Shown here piece after piece: positions 32,343-42,090 of a DNA stretch of 64,000 bases (the first letter of the stretch is position 1; each line of letters starts with the position of its first letter). The DNA is from a virus. Position numbers and translations under genes: made by a program. The notes under the pieces were generated by a model, which saw only the letters and a list, made by a program, of their open reading frames with translations, searched no databases and had not been told where the DNA came from. The stretch is from IMG/VR virus record IMGVR_UViG_3300045988_075875; one strand, written 5' to 3'.

Positions 32343-35300
32343 TTAATGTTTGTAGAGGCCCAAGTTCCCGGCCCCGTGGTTCAATGCCTTCATGACCTGC
32401 GCAACGGTCAGGCGGTTGGCCGCCTCCGCCCCGATCTGAACGCCGTTTACGCTGTAACTGTCTCCGTAGTGGTCATAGCTGGTCCGGCTCATCACCGTCT
32501 TTCCCGGCATGGTGCCGCCCCGCTCCGCTGCGCCGTACAGCCACCCAAGTTCGCTCATCCGCTTTTGGAAGGTGCTGTCTGCGCTGGGTTCCAGCATCTT
32601 TTCCGCCAGCAGCGGGGGAATCACAATCTCGTCCTGACTGGTGGCCTTGATACCCCCAAGTCCCCGCAGGATGCCGCCGGAATCGTACTTCTTGTACGGG
32701 TCCTTGCCGCCGTACTTATCGTTGATCTTGTTCTGCCGTTCTTCCTTTAGTTTGTCGATGGTGGACTGACTGGCTCCATTCTTCTCCGCGTTCTTGATAG
32801 CCAGAGAGTAGTCCACGTTGCTGTCATAGCCCTTGCCGGAAGAACCGGAGGAATTGCTTTTGGAGGAAGAGGAACCGCCGCTGGAGGGCGGCTTAAAGCC
32901 TTCGTTCATTTCAGCGTCCGTCCAGCCGCCGCCGGGGTTTTTGTTGAAGTCAAAATGGAATCCACCGCCGGAAGAACCGCCTCCAGACGGGCTTGAACTC
33001 CCGCCGGACGGGCTTGAACTTCCGCCGGACGGTTTGCCGCCCTTGTCCGGGTCTACCCCGCCGTACATGGCGTTGATCTTGTTCTGCCGCTCCGTCTCTA
33101 ACTGCTTGATTACGCCTTCCCCGGCTCCGGACTCCTTGGCCTGCTTGATGGCAAGGTTGTAATCCACGTTCTTGTCATAGCCAACGTAGTGCATTTCGTT
33201 GCCGTTTGCGTCAACCTTGGTGTAAATTCCCGACAGGTCATCCCGTGCCGCTCCCTGATGGACGTTGGTGGCGGAAACCGCATAGCCAAGTTTGTCATAG
33301 GTGATCACATAGCCGTTTTTTTCAACGGTTTTTCCCGCCAGCTTTTCGTCCCGGCTCATGTCCGGGCCTTTGTACTTGCCCTGCTCTCCTTTTCCATAAG
33401 GCGTTGTGTCCTTAAAATTCAGGTCGGCTGCACTGCCGTCCGCCAACTGCCAGCCGGAAGCGCTGCTTCCGTTAAACCCCTCATTCATTTCAGCGTCCGT
33501 CCAGCCGCCGCCGGGGTTCTTGTTGAAATCAAAATGGAACCCGCCGGTGGTCCCGGTCCCGTTGGTCACGCCGCCCGGTTGGCCGGGGAACTGTCCGCCG
33601 TTTATAGCCCCGGCAATGTACTGATTCAGCTTGCCCAGCAGATTGTTGACCTCATCAACCTGCTCCCGCATTTTGGGCGTCCCGTTTCTGGCAATGTCGC
33701 TGAGAATATCGCTGATCGTCCGGGTGGGGTTTTGCATGCTGTCCGTGATCCGCTTCCACTCGGCCTTTAGGGTGTTATAGGTTTCTTCGATCAGGGTTTT
33801 CTTGGCTTCCAGTTCGTCAATTTCCCGCTGAAGAGCCAACTCCCGCTCATATTCCGCCAAGTCCTCCTTGGCCTTTTCATAGGCATCCTGCGCGGACTTC
33901 ACGGACGAGGCGTTGGCTTCCCACTCCCATTGTCCGGTTGCGGCGTTGAATACCCGCACCGTCCGTTCCTTCTGGGCTTCCAGCAAGGCGTTCTGCTTTT
34001 CCAGCACCGCCGCCTTCAGCTGTTCCAGTTTCAGAGCTTCGTCCTCGGCTTGCTTGGCGTCCTTCAGCGCTTCAATCTGCTTGTCAATGGCGTCAACCTG
34101 CTTGTCACGGGCATCCGCCGCTTCTTCCAGCTTTTTGTTTACGGCATCTTCCAGTTCGTCCCAAAGATCCTCCTGCAGCTCCTTGATCTGCTTGGTGATC
34201 TTCCAGTGCTCCGTGGACAGGGCGTTGATGTCCGCCTGACTGGCCCCGATCCGCCGCATATACTCCGCCTGTGCGTGGAGCGCCGCTTGGATCTGCCGCA
34301 TCTTGTCGATCTGGTCCGCCGTGCTGTCCCCCCGCTCCTGCATGAGGGAAAGCTCCGACTTCCGCAGGGATACGATGTCCTTCAGCCGTTCCAGCTCCGC
34401 GTCCTTAGTGGATTTCCCCGTGGACGATGTGGTGGAGGACGTATCCACTCTGGAGGTGGTATCCACCGTCCCGCTGTCCCGCCCGGTGTCCGTAAACATG
34501 GACTTGTAGATCCGGTTCAGAACGATGGCACGGGCTTCGTCATAGGTCTTGGCCTTTCCGGTCTGCAACAGGCCCTTGATGGTCCGCTCTACATCCTGCG
34601 TCTTGGCGGCACCGATCATGCCCACGGAATAGGCGGCCGCCCCGGCTTCGGTGGCCAGCTGCCGCAGCGCCCCGATCTGCTGACTCAGGTCCAGCTTCTT
34701 CTCGTTCAGAACGATCATCCGCTTCACCAGATTGTAAATCTGATCCCCGGTTTTCCCTGCTTGCTTTTGTTCGCGGATCAATCCGTTTACATAGTATGTG
34801 ATGCGGTTTGATGCTTCGTCATACGCTTTATTCAGTTTATCAAGTGCGGCCTTTGCCTCTGTATTCTTATCACCAAGCACATCATGAGCTTGTGCAAACC
34901 TGGCAAGTCCCGTGGTAACGGAATCGTATTCTCCCTGAAGTTCTTCAAGGTCTCCCCGGTTCTCCTTCAGCTTTTCAGAAAGTGCCGATGCTTGTGCAAT
35001 CAGGGATTTCTCATACGTCTCCCCGGTCTGATAGGCTTTTTTCTCCGTTTCCTCAAACTGGACGCCCAGCGCCTCCAATTCCTTCCGGGACTTTTCCGCC
35101 GCTCCCGGAATGTACTGGTCCAGGTATGCGGTCAGTTCCGCATAGCTCTTAAAAGTCCGCCCAGTGAGACCCAGCGCCTCCGCACCGCCCCGACTTTCCC
35201 CCATAGAGGTCAGGTGATATACCGTCTCCCCGGTTCCTACATACCCTCCGGCGCTTTTCAGGGTGCGCTTGGCCTGTCTCTCTTCCAGTTTTTTGAGTTT

Positions 35301-37577
35301 TTCAATCTGCCGTTCCAGTTCGGCGTTTTCCTGTTCCAACGCCGCCTTTTCATTCAGAATTTCCGGAGTTTTTTCGTTCCAGCCAAGCTCATTGATCTCG
35401 GTGAGCCGCCGCCGATTTTCCTCCAACTTTTCTGTGTTGTCGGAAATGTCGGTGTTCAGTTCGTCAAGGCTTTTCCGGTAGTCCTCCGTGGCATTCCACA
35501 AAAATTCAAACGCCGCCACCGTCGCGCCGATGGCAAGAATCCACGGGTTCATGGTGATCCCAGCCGCCGACAGTTTTGTAAACGCCGCCGTCGCGCCCTT
35601 GGCCGCCGCCTGAATACCGATCAGCCCCAGCGACACCGCTCCGGCAGTCACCGCCGCGTGCCCAAGGTCCGTGTTCAGGGATTCTACCGCGCCGATCAGA
35701 ACGTCCAGTCCGCCCTTAACGGTGTCGGTGCTCACCATGCTTTGAATGAACTCCGTCCATTCGTTTTTCAGAATGTTGGTCTTGCGGGTCCAACTGTCCA
35801 GCGCGTTTTCAATTTCCTTGTCCGCGCTTCCTACGGCGTTGGCGTAGTCTTTCAGCATGGACTGGTACATATCCCAGTTCTGGATCAGGGCCAGCAGTTG
35901 AGAGGTCCGCAGCTTGCCGCCGATGTCGCTGACCATCTCCATCAGCTTTTGTTCGGTCAGCAGCCCGTCCTTCATGCTCTGGGCAAGGCCCCCGATGGCT
36001 TCCATGGGATCAATGACCTCGCCGGTGGCCTTGGCCGCTTCATACGCAGCCGGGGCGTACTGTCGGATTACGTCCCTCAACCCGGCGATCTCCCCAGTGG
36101 TCCACGTCACGCCCTCGTCGATCTCGGTTTTCGTGTCCCCCACGATGTTCAGCACAAGTGCCCGGAACGCACGGGCCGCTTCGCTGCCGCTCCGCTGTGT
36201 GACCGCCGTGATCGTACCGATTGCCGCCGTCAGTTCATCGATCCCCACATGGGCCTGTGCCGCCACCGGAGCCACGGTCCCCAAGCCCTCCGCCAGCTTT
36301 TCAATGCTGGTGGCGTACTTGTTGTCAATCTCGTTGGCGCCGTCCAGCACCTTGGTCAATGCTTCAATGTTTCCCTTGTACTGATACGCCGCGTCCACGG
36401 ACAGCAGGAATTGCTGTGCCGTTTCTGCGTTAGTGTCGCCAACCAGCTTTGTCTTGGTGGCCAGCTCCGCCAGCGCGTCCGCCTGTTCGCCGTAACCGGC
36501 ACGGGCAAACGCCGCCACGGAGTTCAGATATTCGTCCGCCGCCTCGCCGTAGGCCGATGCCGTCTCATAGGCCCGATCCCGCAGATTTTCCATCTGCTCC
36601 GCTGTAAAGCCAGTTACCTTGCGGACCGTCACCATTTCATCGTCCACGGCTTTCGTGGTGGAAATGGCATCCCGGAAGGCCCCAATGGTCTTGGAGACGA
36701 TGGTTCCCATCACCTGCCATTGCAGCATTTTCAGGTAGACGTTGGTGAATCTGTCCCCTAACAGCCCGGTTTTCTCGGTAGACTCCTTTACGCCTTCACT
36801 GAGTCGGTAGACCTCTCCGGTCGCTTGGTCAATGGCGATCTTGAAGTTTTGGGCAGTCCCGTCCGCGTTCTTGACGCTTGCCCGGAATGTTTGAAACGTT
36901 CCAGCGGAATCCTGTACGATGCCCGTGGCCTTTACCTGTGCGTTTTGCAGTCCGTCCAGCGTCTTGATATACTCCTTGGCGCTTTCAGTGTTTCCGCTAA
37001 ACAGTCCTTGGCTCTGCCCGTACTTGGTTTGAATATTGCTCCACGCCCGCTCAAACGCGCCGGCACTGTCCGCAGCACTCTTGGCGGCATTCCCGATGCC
37101 CACCATGCCCTCGATCTGCCGCTGGATTGATGTGGGATTATAAGGGGTGTTCTGCGCTGCTCTGGTCTGCTGCTGTAAATAGGCGTTGGCCTGTCGGGTG
37201 GCTTTCAGTTCTGCGGCAGCGGCTTTCTCCGCCGCTTGGGCCTGCTGTCGGTAGTTCCGGGTCACGGTCTGCTGGGTCACAGCAAGATCTCCCGTCTCCT
37301 TGTTCAGCGTTGCCACCACGCGGGTGGTCTCTCCCAGCCGTGCGGAGAAATCCCGCACCTGCCGCGTGGCCTGCCCGTTTGCGTCAAAAGTGGTGGAGAC
37401 CTTCTGTAAATTCCCCGCCAGCTTCCCGGCGGCATTGGCCGCGCCGTTCAAGCCCTGCGTTGTGCCGTTCAGATTCACCTTTGTGGAGGAAACCGACGCT
37501 ACCTCCTGCTTCAGCTTTGCGATCTCCGCTCGGACCTCTGTAAAATCGGGTACGCCCTTAAAGATAATTTGTGCCAT
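32343..37577 (-). CDS. tail tape measure protein
   Basis: 1744 aa; long A/E/K/Q-rich coiled coils, central hydrophobic segment, Gly/Ser-rich C-terminal region with internal duplications; lies between tail and tail-tip genes. Confidence 0.9.
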   Translation of the reverse strand: MAQIIFKGVPDFTEVRAEIAKLKQEVASVSSTKVNLNGTTQGLNGAANAAGKLAGNLQKVSTTFDANGQATRQVRDFSARLGETTRVVATLNKETGDLAVTQQTVTRNYRQQAQAAEKAAAAELKATRQANAYLQQQTRAAQNTPYNPTSIQRQIEGMVGIGNAAKSAADSAGAFERAWSNIQTKYGQSQGLFSGNTESAKEYIKTLDGLQNAQVKATGIVQDSAGTFQTFRASVKNADGTAQNFKIAIDQATGEVYRLSEGVKESTEKTGLLGDRFTNVYLKMLQWQVMGTIVSKTIGAFRDAISTTKAVDDEMVTVRKVTGFTAEQMENLRDRAYETASAYGEAADEYLNSVAAFARAGYGEQADALAELATKTKLVGDTNAETAQQFLLSVDAAYQYKGNIEALTKVLDGANEIDNKYATSIEKLAEGLGTVAPVAAQAHVGIDELTAAIGTITAVTQRSGSEAARAFRALVLNIVGDTKTEIDEGVTWTTGEIAGLRDVIRQYAPAAYEAAKATGEVIDPMEAIGGLAQSMKDGLLTEQKLMEMVSDIGGKLRTSQLLALIQNWDMYQSMLKDYANAVGSADKEIENALDSWTRKTNILKNEWTEFIQSMVSTDTVKGGLDVLIGAVESLNTDLGHAAVTAGAVSLGLIGIQAAAKGATAAFTKLSAAGITMNPWILAIGATVAAFEFLWNATEDYRKSLDELNTDISDNTEKLEENRRRLTEINELGWNEKTPEILNEKAALEQENAELERQIEKLKKLEERQAKRTLKSAGGYVGTGETVYHLTSMGESRGGAEALGLTGRTFKSYAELTAYLDQYIPGAAEKSRKELEALGVQFEETEKKAYQTGETYEKSLIAQASALSEKLKENRGDLEELQGEYDSVTTGLARFAQAHDVLGDKNTEAKAALDKLNKAYDEASNRITYYVNGLIREQKQAGKTGDQIYNLVKRMIVLNEKKLDLSQQIGALRQLATEAGAAAYSVGMIGAAKTQDVERTIKGLLQTGKAKTYDEARAIVLNRIYKSMFTDTGRDSGTVDTTSRVDTSSTTSSTGKSTKDAELERLKDIVSLRKSELSLMQERGDSTADQIDKMRQIQAALHAQAEYMRRIGASQADINALSTEHWKITKQIKELQEDLWDELEDAVNKKLEEAADARDKQVDAIDKQIEALKDAKQAEDEALKLEQLKAAVLEKQNALLEAQKERTVRVFNAATGQWEWEANASSVKSAQDAYEKAKEDLAEYERELALQREIDELEAKKTLIEETYNTLKAEWKRITDSMQNPTRTISDILSDIARNGTPKMREQVDEVNNLLGKLNQYIAGAINGGQFPGQPGGVTNGTGTTGGFHFDFNKNPGGGWTDAEMNEGFNGSSASGWQLADGSAADLNFKDTTPYGKGEQGKYKGPDMSRDEKLAGKTVEKNGYVITYDKLGYAVSATNVHQGAARDDLSGIYTKVDANGNEMHYVGYDKNVDYNLAIKQAKESGAGEGVIKQLETERQNKINAMYGGVDPDKGGKPSGGSSSPSGGSSSPSGGGSSGGGFHFDFNKNPGGGWTDAEMNEGFKPPSSGGSSSSKSNSSGSSGKGYDSNVDYSLAIKNAEKNGASQSTIDKLKEERQNKINDKYGGKDPYKKYDSGGILRGLGGIKATSQDEIVIPPLLAEKMLEPSADSTFQKRMSELGWLYGAAERGGTMPGKTVMSRTSYDHYGDSYSVNGVQIGAEAANRLTVAQVMKALNHGAGNLGLYKH

Positions 37578-37599
37578 GCTTCACCGCCCTGCCTTTACT

Positions 37600-38121
37600 T
37601 CAATATCCTTCGTCACCCTCCCGGCCCGTGTAGCCGTTGGCTTCGATCTGTAATTCTGCGTCCTGTTGGTTCATGGCCCGTACCAGCGTTTCCTCCGCCC
37701 GTCCGCCTTCTACCAGCTCCGTGACAAAATTTTCAAAAAACGGTCTGGCCGGGGGCCTCCGGGTCCAGTCATAGGGCGGGTCCAGATGCTCAATGCGCCC
37801 GATCAGTGCGTCTCCGTTCAGCGGGTTTTCCACCTGTTCGCTCTCGCCGCTTGGCTGGTAATCCATGGAAACGCTGTCCTCTGTCACCGCAAACTCCGTG
37901 TTGCCGTCAATGTCAGCCAAGCCGCCGTATTCTCCCCGCCGGATATATTCCTTTGGGTCGAATTTTTCGTATACGTCGCCCTGCACGTGCTCAAAAAGGC
38001 ATTGGGACAGATCCTCCCGCAGCGTGGGCATGGCCCCCGCCAGCGCCGCCTTGAACCGCTGTTCCAGCGCCGCCATGTCCTCGTCCAGCCCTGTGATCCT
38101 GGCAGATGCGCTCCCGCTCAT
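37600..38121 (-). CDS. hypothetical tail-module protein (in the slot usually held by the tail chaperone)
   Basis: Start set at ATG 38121 (AAGGAG RBS, MSGSASARITGLD...); no obvious frameshift partner seen. Confidence 0.45.
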   Translation of the reverse strand: MSGSASARITGLDEDMAALEQRFKAALAGAMPTLREDLSQCLFEHVQGDVYEKFDPKEYIRRGEYGGLADIDGNTEFAVTEDSVSMDYQPSGESEQVENPLNGDALIGRIEHLDPPYDWTRRPPARPFFENFVTELVEGGRAEETLVRAMNQQDAELQIEANGYTGREGDEGY

Positions 38122-38313
38122 ATCCCCGCTCCTTTCCGTCATTTTCGTGACCTCACGAAAATGGTCCCAGGCATACGCCAAAGCATGAGTCTCTCATGCC
38201 CTCCCGTCTGCCGGGGAACAAAAAGCGGAGCCGACCGCCGGGTTTCCCCGGCAGTCAGCCCCGCTCGGCTCATCCTATCCAACGCTTAGGATAAGGCGTT
38301 TTTGGTGTGTCAC

Positions 38314-39441
38314 TTACTCGGCGGTGACTTCCAGAACCGCCTGCGCGGTGTACTTGGCGGCTCCCTCGGCGGGATACTGGATGGCGATGCTCCCGGTGCC
38401 CTGCGTACTCCCGGCGGTCACAATGCCGTCCGTGGAGACCGTGGTCCCGGTAGCAGTCCCGGCGGTCACGGTGTACTTCAGCAGGCTTGCGGGAGAGGGC
38501 ATCACCAGTTCGCCGTTTTTCATGACCAACTTGGCATTCACGGGGGCAGTGCCACTGGCAGCCACGCTCACCACGCCGCCGATCACGGCGATCCCGGCCA
38601 CCTCGTCGCTTTCCTCGTCAGGCACCAGCACCATGTAGGCCACGGTGCCCATGCCGCCGCAGGCGTCGCACTCAGCGGATACCACCTCCGCGTCCTCGTT
38701 GATGGCGCGGCCGGTGATGGTGGTGGTGTCGTAGTTGGTCTGGTCGCCGGTGGTGTTGGCCCCTTCGGGGTTCAGATACAGGCGGGGCACGATCAAATAG
38801 CCCCACCCCCAACGGGTGCCCTTATTCTTGCCGGACACGTTCTGATACACGGCGATCTGAGCGGTGAAATGGACAATGCGGCCATTGAACGCACCGTTCA
38901 CAATGCCCACCTGGGCCGCGGGCTTCTTGGCGAAGTACCACACCTTGTAGCTCTTGCCGTTCTCAGCGACAAAGCCGGTAATAGCGCCGGTGGCAGGGTC
39001 GATGGGATAGGGAACGCCGCCCACAGCGTAGGAGGACGCGGCCCCCACCTCCTGCACGTAGCAGAAGATGTTGGAATAGCCGTACTGGGCCACCGGCACC
39101 AGCTTGCTCACGTCGGCCTTCAGGGAAGTACCCGCGGCCTCCACCGTCTGGCAGACGGGGGAAACGGCGTTGTAGTTCACGGTGCCGCCCACAGCCATCA
39201 TCTTGCTCATCAGGTCGAAGTCCGCGCGGGTGAAGTTCACCTGCGTGTCGCTGTCGCTGGCAATGATGGTGGCAATGCCGTTGCCAAGGCCCGCCCGCAG
39301 GGGGTCGGTGTTGGCGGAGAACTGAATGTTGCCGGTGGAAAACTTGTCGCTCTGGCTCAGAATCTCCCCGGTGGAGGGGTCCTGAAGCTGTGCGGAGCAA
39401 ATGCCCTTAGCGTACAGTCTCTTGTCGGTAAAAGTGATCAT
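38314..39441 (-). CDS. major tail protein candidate with C-terminal Ig-like extension
   Basis: 375 aa, GGAGTG RBS, position upstream of the tape measure gene; Thr/Gly/Ala/Val-rich C-terminal domain. Confidence 0.6.
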   Translation of the reverse strand: MITFTDKRLYAKGICSAQLQDPSTGEILSQSDKFSTGNIQFSANTDPLRAGLGNGIATIIASDSDTQVNFTRADFDLMSKMMAVGGTVNYNAVSPVCQTVEAAGTSLKADVSKLVPVAQYGYSNIFCYVQEVGAASSYAVGGVPYPIDPATGAITGFVAENGKSYKVWYFAKKPAAQVGIVNGAFNGRIVHFTAQIAVYQNVSGKNKGTRWGWGYLIVPRLYLNPEGANTTGDQTNYDTTTITGRAINEDAEVVSAECDACGGMGTVAYMVLVPDEESDEVAGIAVIGGVVSVAASGTAPVNAKLVMKNGELVMPSPASLLKYTVTAGTATGTTVSTDGIVTAGSTQGTGSIAIQYPAEGAAKYTAQAVLEVTAE

Positions 39442-39458
39442 GTCTGTTCACACTCCTT

Positions 39459-40259
39459 TTAATGTTCCGTATTGTTGGTAAATTGACTCAGCGGGGTCAT
39501 GGCCCCCGTGTCCTCCCGCTCCCGGTCATAGAAAAGGTGGGGTACAGGGTTCCCGCCCTTCCATTTGGTGCCGCCGCCCTCCGAAATGCCGCAGATCAGA
39601 TAATCCGCCGCCCGCTGGATGGCTTCCTGACGCCGTTTCAGCTTCAGCAGGGGCCATTCGTCCATCTCTGTTTCCTCACAGCCTGTAAACAGGGCGATGG
39701 AGGAAAGCAGACCGGCCGGGTCCCGGCGCAGCTTCGGCCCATTTCTTCGGGCCAGCTCCGCCTCCGCTTCCAACAGGTCCGGATTGGCGTCCTCATCCGT
39801 CAGCTCAATGCCGTTCTGGTAGGCCAGAATGGCCCTGAGTCGCTGGAATTGTACCGGGGTAATGGTGATTTCTTCCTCCCCGTTCCATGTAAAGGATATT
39901 CCCTTTAAATCCATTGTGTTTTCAGGTGAAAGTTTCACATGAAACAGGCGGATGCGGTCTGAAAGGCTCCGGCCCTCCCCCAGCCGCAGCGCCAGCGCCA
40001 AAAACGCAAGCGCCCGGTTGAAAAGGCCCACCGGTTCCTCCCCCCGCTCCATACTTTCCAGATCCATGACCCAATAGGCTGTCAGTAGAGGCATGACCGC
40101 ATAGCGCACAGGGAGCGCCTGCTGGATCACGTCAATGGCGGGCCTCGCCCGCTCAAATTCCTCCTGCTCACATACCCGGATGGGCCATAGGGTCAGTCCG
40201 GCGGTTTCTACGGGTTCGTAGCGGTCCGCCGCCCGCTTGATATTCCGTGAGAGTTCCAT
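39459..40259 (-). CDS. hypothetical structural-module protein
   Basis: 266 aa, GGAGAGG RBS. Confidence 0.55.
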   Translation of the reverse strand: MELSRNIKRAADRYEPVETAGLTLWPIRVCEQEEFERARPAIDVIQQALPVRYAVMPLLTAYWVMDLESMERGEEPVGLFNRALAFLALALRLGEGRSLSDRIRLFHVKLSPENTMDLKGISFTWNGEEEITITPVQFQRLRAILAYQNGIELTDEDANPDLLEAEAELARRNGPKLRRDPAGLLSSIALFTGCEETEMDEWPLLKLKRRQEAIQRAADYLICGISEGGGTKWKGGNPVPHLFYDREREDTGAMTPLSQFTNNTEH

Positions 40260-40289
40260 TTTTTAATTCATCCTCTCCAATATCTGAAA

Positions 40290-40592
40290 TCAAATGGCAA
40301 TGCCCGCGCTGGCAAACAGCGCCGCAATACAGGCCCCGGCGATCAGCCAGATCACTTTGTCCACGAGGCTGTCCCACCGTTTGGCGGACTTCCCTTCCAT
40401 CTCCGTCATCTTTTCATCGATCCGGCTCACCTTCGTCCCCATTTCTTCTTGCTTGGTCGCCATTACCTCTACGCTGGCAGTCAGCTTGATCAGCGCCTGC
40501 TGATCCCGCTCCACCTCCTCCATGCGGTGTTTCAGGGACTTGATCTCGTGCTCATGCCCCTCTATCTTTACGGCTGCTTCTTCCATGGTCAT
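40290..40592 (-). CDS. XhlA-like coiled-coil membrane protein
   Basis: 100 aa; N-terminal coiled coil, C-terminal TM VIWLIAGACIAALFASAGIAI; resemblance to XhlA is architecture only. Confidence 0.45.
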   Translation of the reverse strand: MTMEEAAVKIEGHEHEIKSLKHRMEEVERDQQALIKLTASVEVMATKQEEMGTKVSRIDEKMTEMEGKSAKRWDSLVDKVIWLIAGACIAALFASAGIAI

Positions 40593-40616
40593 GGTGGCTG
40601 TCCTCCCGTTGTGAAT

Positions 40617-41321
40617 TTAGTAGTCCTCAATGGTATCCCCCATGGCGGCTTCGCTTTCCGCCCAATGTATGCTCATTTTCAGTTCCCGGCCAACCACCGT
40701 GCCCGTCTGGTCATATACCGGGCGGCTTCCGTTGTCCGCGTGTGCGGTACGGGAAAAATCGCACACGCCGATCCCCGCCAGATTTACCCCATTCAGCGCT
40801 TCGAGGATGCACTGCTCCATATCGTAGGAGCGGGCGTATGCCTCCGTTTTGGTGGTAGTCTCCTGATTCACGTTGCAAGAAATCACAAACGTGATCCCGA
40901 TTCGCGCATCAAAGGGCGTCTGTGCAAAAATGCGGCCCAAATAACATTTGATCGTGCTTTTCGCCTCCGTCTGGGCTTCTCCCCAGAACTTCTGAGCGTA
41001 AAGGCGATACCCTTTCGGGTGCTTGCGCCGCTGGGCATCCGTGTCTACCACCGGCTCGTTTCCGTCAAAAAGAAGGCTCTGCTTTTCCTTGGCCGTGGGC
41101 AGCCGCTCTCCCAGCGGCTTGGCCCCGTCATGCCATAGATATTTCATCAGCCGGACACGGGGCCGGGTGTTGTCATCCACCGGCTCGTAGCCGTCCGGCA
41201 GCGGCAGATCCATCAGATAGGTCAACAGCTTGTGGGGGATTTCCTCTGCCCCACAGAAGGTCAGAAACGATGGCATAACTCTTTCGTATGGATATGTAGG
41301 GCTGTGGAAGGCCGGGTTCAT
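40617..41321 (-). CDS. hypothetical head-tail joining module protein
   Basis: 234 aa, ATGA coupling. Confidence 0.55.
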   Translation of the reverse strand: MNPAFHSPTYPYERVMPSFLTFCGAEEIPHKLLTYLMDLPLPDGYEPVDDNTRPRVRLMKYLWHDGAKPLGERLPTAKEKQSLLFDGNEPVVDTDAQRRKHPKGYRLYAQKFWGEAQTEAKSTIKCYLGRIFAQTPFDARIGITFVISCNVNQETTTKTEAYARSYDMEQCILEALNGVNLAGIGVCDFSRTAHADNGSRPVYDQTGTVVGRELKMSIHWAESEAAMGDTIEDY

Positions 41322-41890
41322 TGTGCGCCGCCTTTCCGCTGCTGAAAGGCCGCGTCAAAGGCGCTCCGGGCCTCCTTCAGGTCATTCAGCGTCTTTTGCA
41401 CCGCCTCCGGCGTCATGCTCTGCGCCGCAAGGTCCTGAAACCGGCTCACGGGATCGTTCATGGCTTGCAGCATCCCGTAAATCTCCGTTTTCAGCATCTT
41501 TTCCAGATCCCGGTAGTCCGCCAGCAGGTCAAAGGCCTTGTCCCGCAGCTCCGGCCCTTTCCCCTTCATGCGGTCGATCTGATTAAAAATGTGCCCTCCG
41601 GCCCAGCGGTCATAGTCGTCGGCGGACATGAGGTAAGTTTCCCCCTCCACCGGTTCAAAGTCCTCTCCCAGATACAGCTTTACAAAGCCGCCCATGAGAT
41701 ATCGGCTCCGCCGCTCCACGTTTTCCCGGTAATAGGGCAAAACCTCTCCCTGTTCAAGCCGCACCTCCATCCGGTCAAAGCACCGTCCAGCGCACTCCGC
41801 AGCAAACGCCGCCTTTTCCATCAGGGGTACATAGTCTCTGGCTGCCAGCAGCCCTTCTTCTGTCAGCTTTTTCCATTCCATATACGTCAT
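41318..41890 (-). CDS. hypothetical head-tail joining module protein
   Basis: 190 aa, GAAAGGA RBS. Confidence 0.55.
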   Translation of the reverse strand: MTYMEWKKLTEEGLLAARDYVPLMEKAAFAAECAGRCFDRMEVRLEQGEVLPYYRENVERRSRYLMGGFVKLYLGEDFEPVEGETYLMSADDYDRWAGGHIFNQIDRMKGKGPELRDKAFDLLADYRDLEKMLKTEIYGMLQAMNDPVSRFQDLAAQSMTPEAVQKTLNDLKEARSAFDAAFQQRKGGAQ

Positions 41891-41895
41891 TCCTT

Positions 41896-42090
41896 TCAGA
41901 TTTTTTGGAATTTTTCACGGTCAATCCCTCGCAGGGGGCACAAGGCCGCCTGCGGCGTGTTCTCCCACTGCCCGGTCACGCCACACAAATGCTGGTGGGC
42001 GCAGATAGGGAATTTCTGCCCCGGCTGCTTCTCGCACAGCAGGCTCACCGTTCCGGGCCGCTTGTAGGCGTATGGGCACTTATCTGCCAT
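41896..42090 (-). CDS. small Cys-containing hypothetical protein
   Basis: 64 aa, GGAGGGG RBS. Confidence 0.5.
   Translation of the reverse strand: MADKCPYAYKRPGTVSLLCEKQPGQKFPICAHQHLCGVTGQWENTPQAALCPLRGIDREKFQKI

Noticed and set aside
34884-36761. 625-aa plus-strand ORF, plus others at 33930..34811 and 32328..32750
   Set aside because: They lie antisense inside the 1744-aa tape measure gene. The composition is R/L/P/F-rich nonsense with no RBS.
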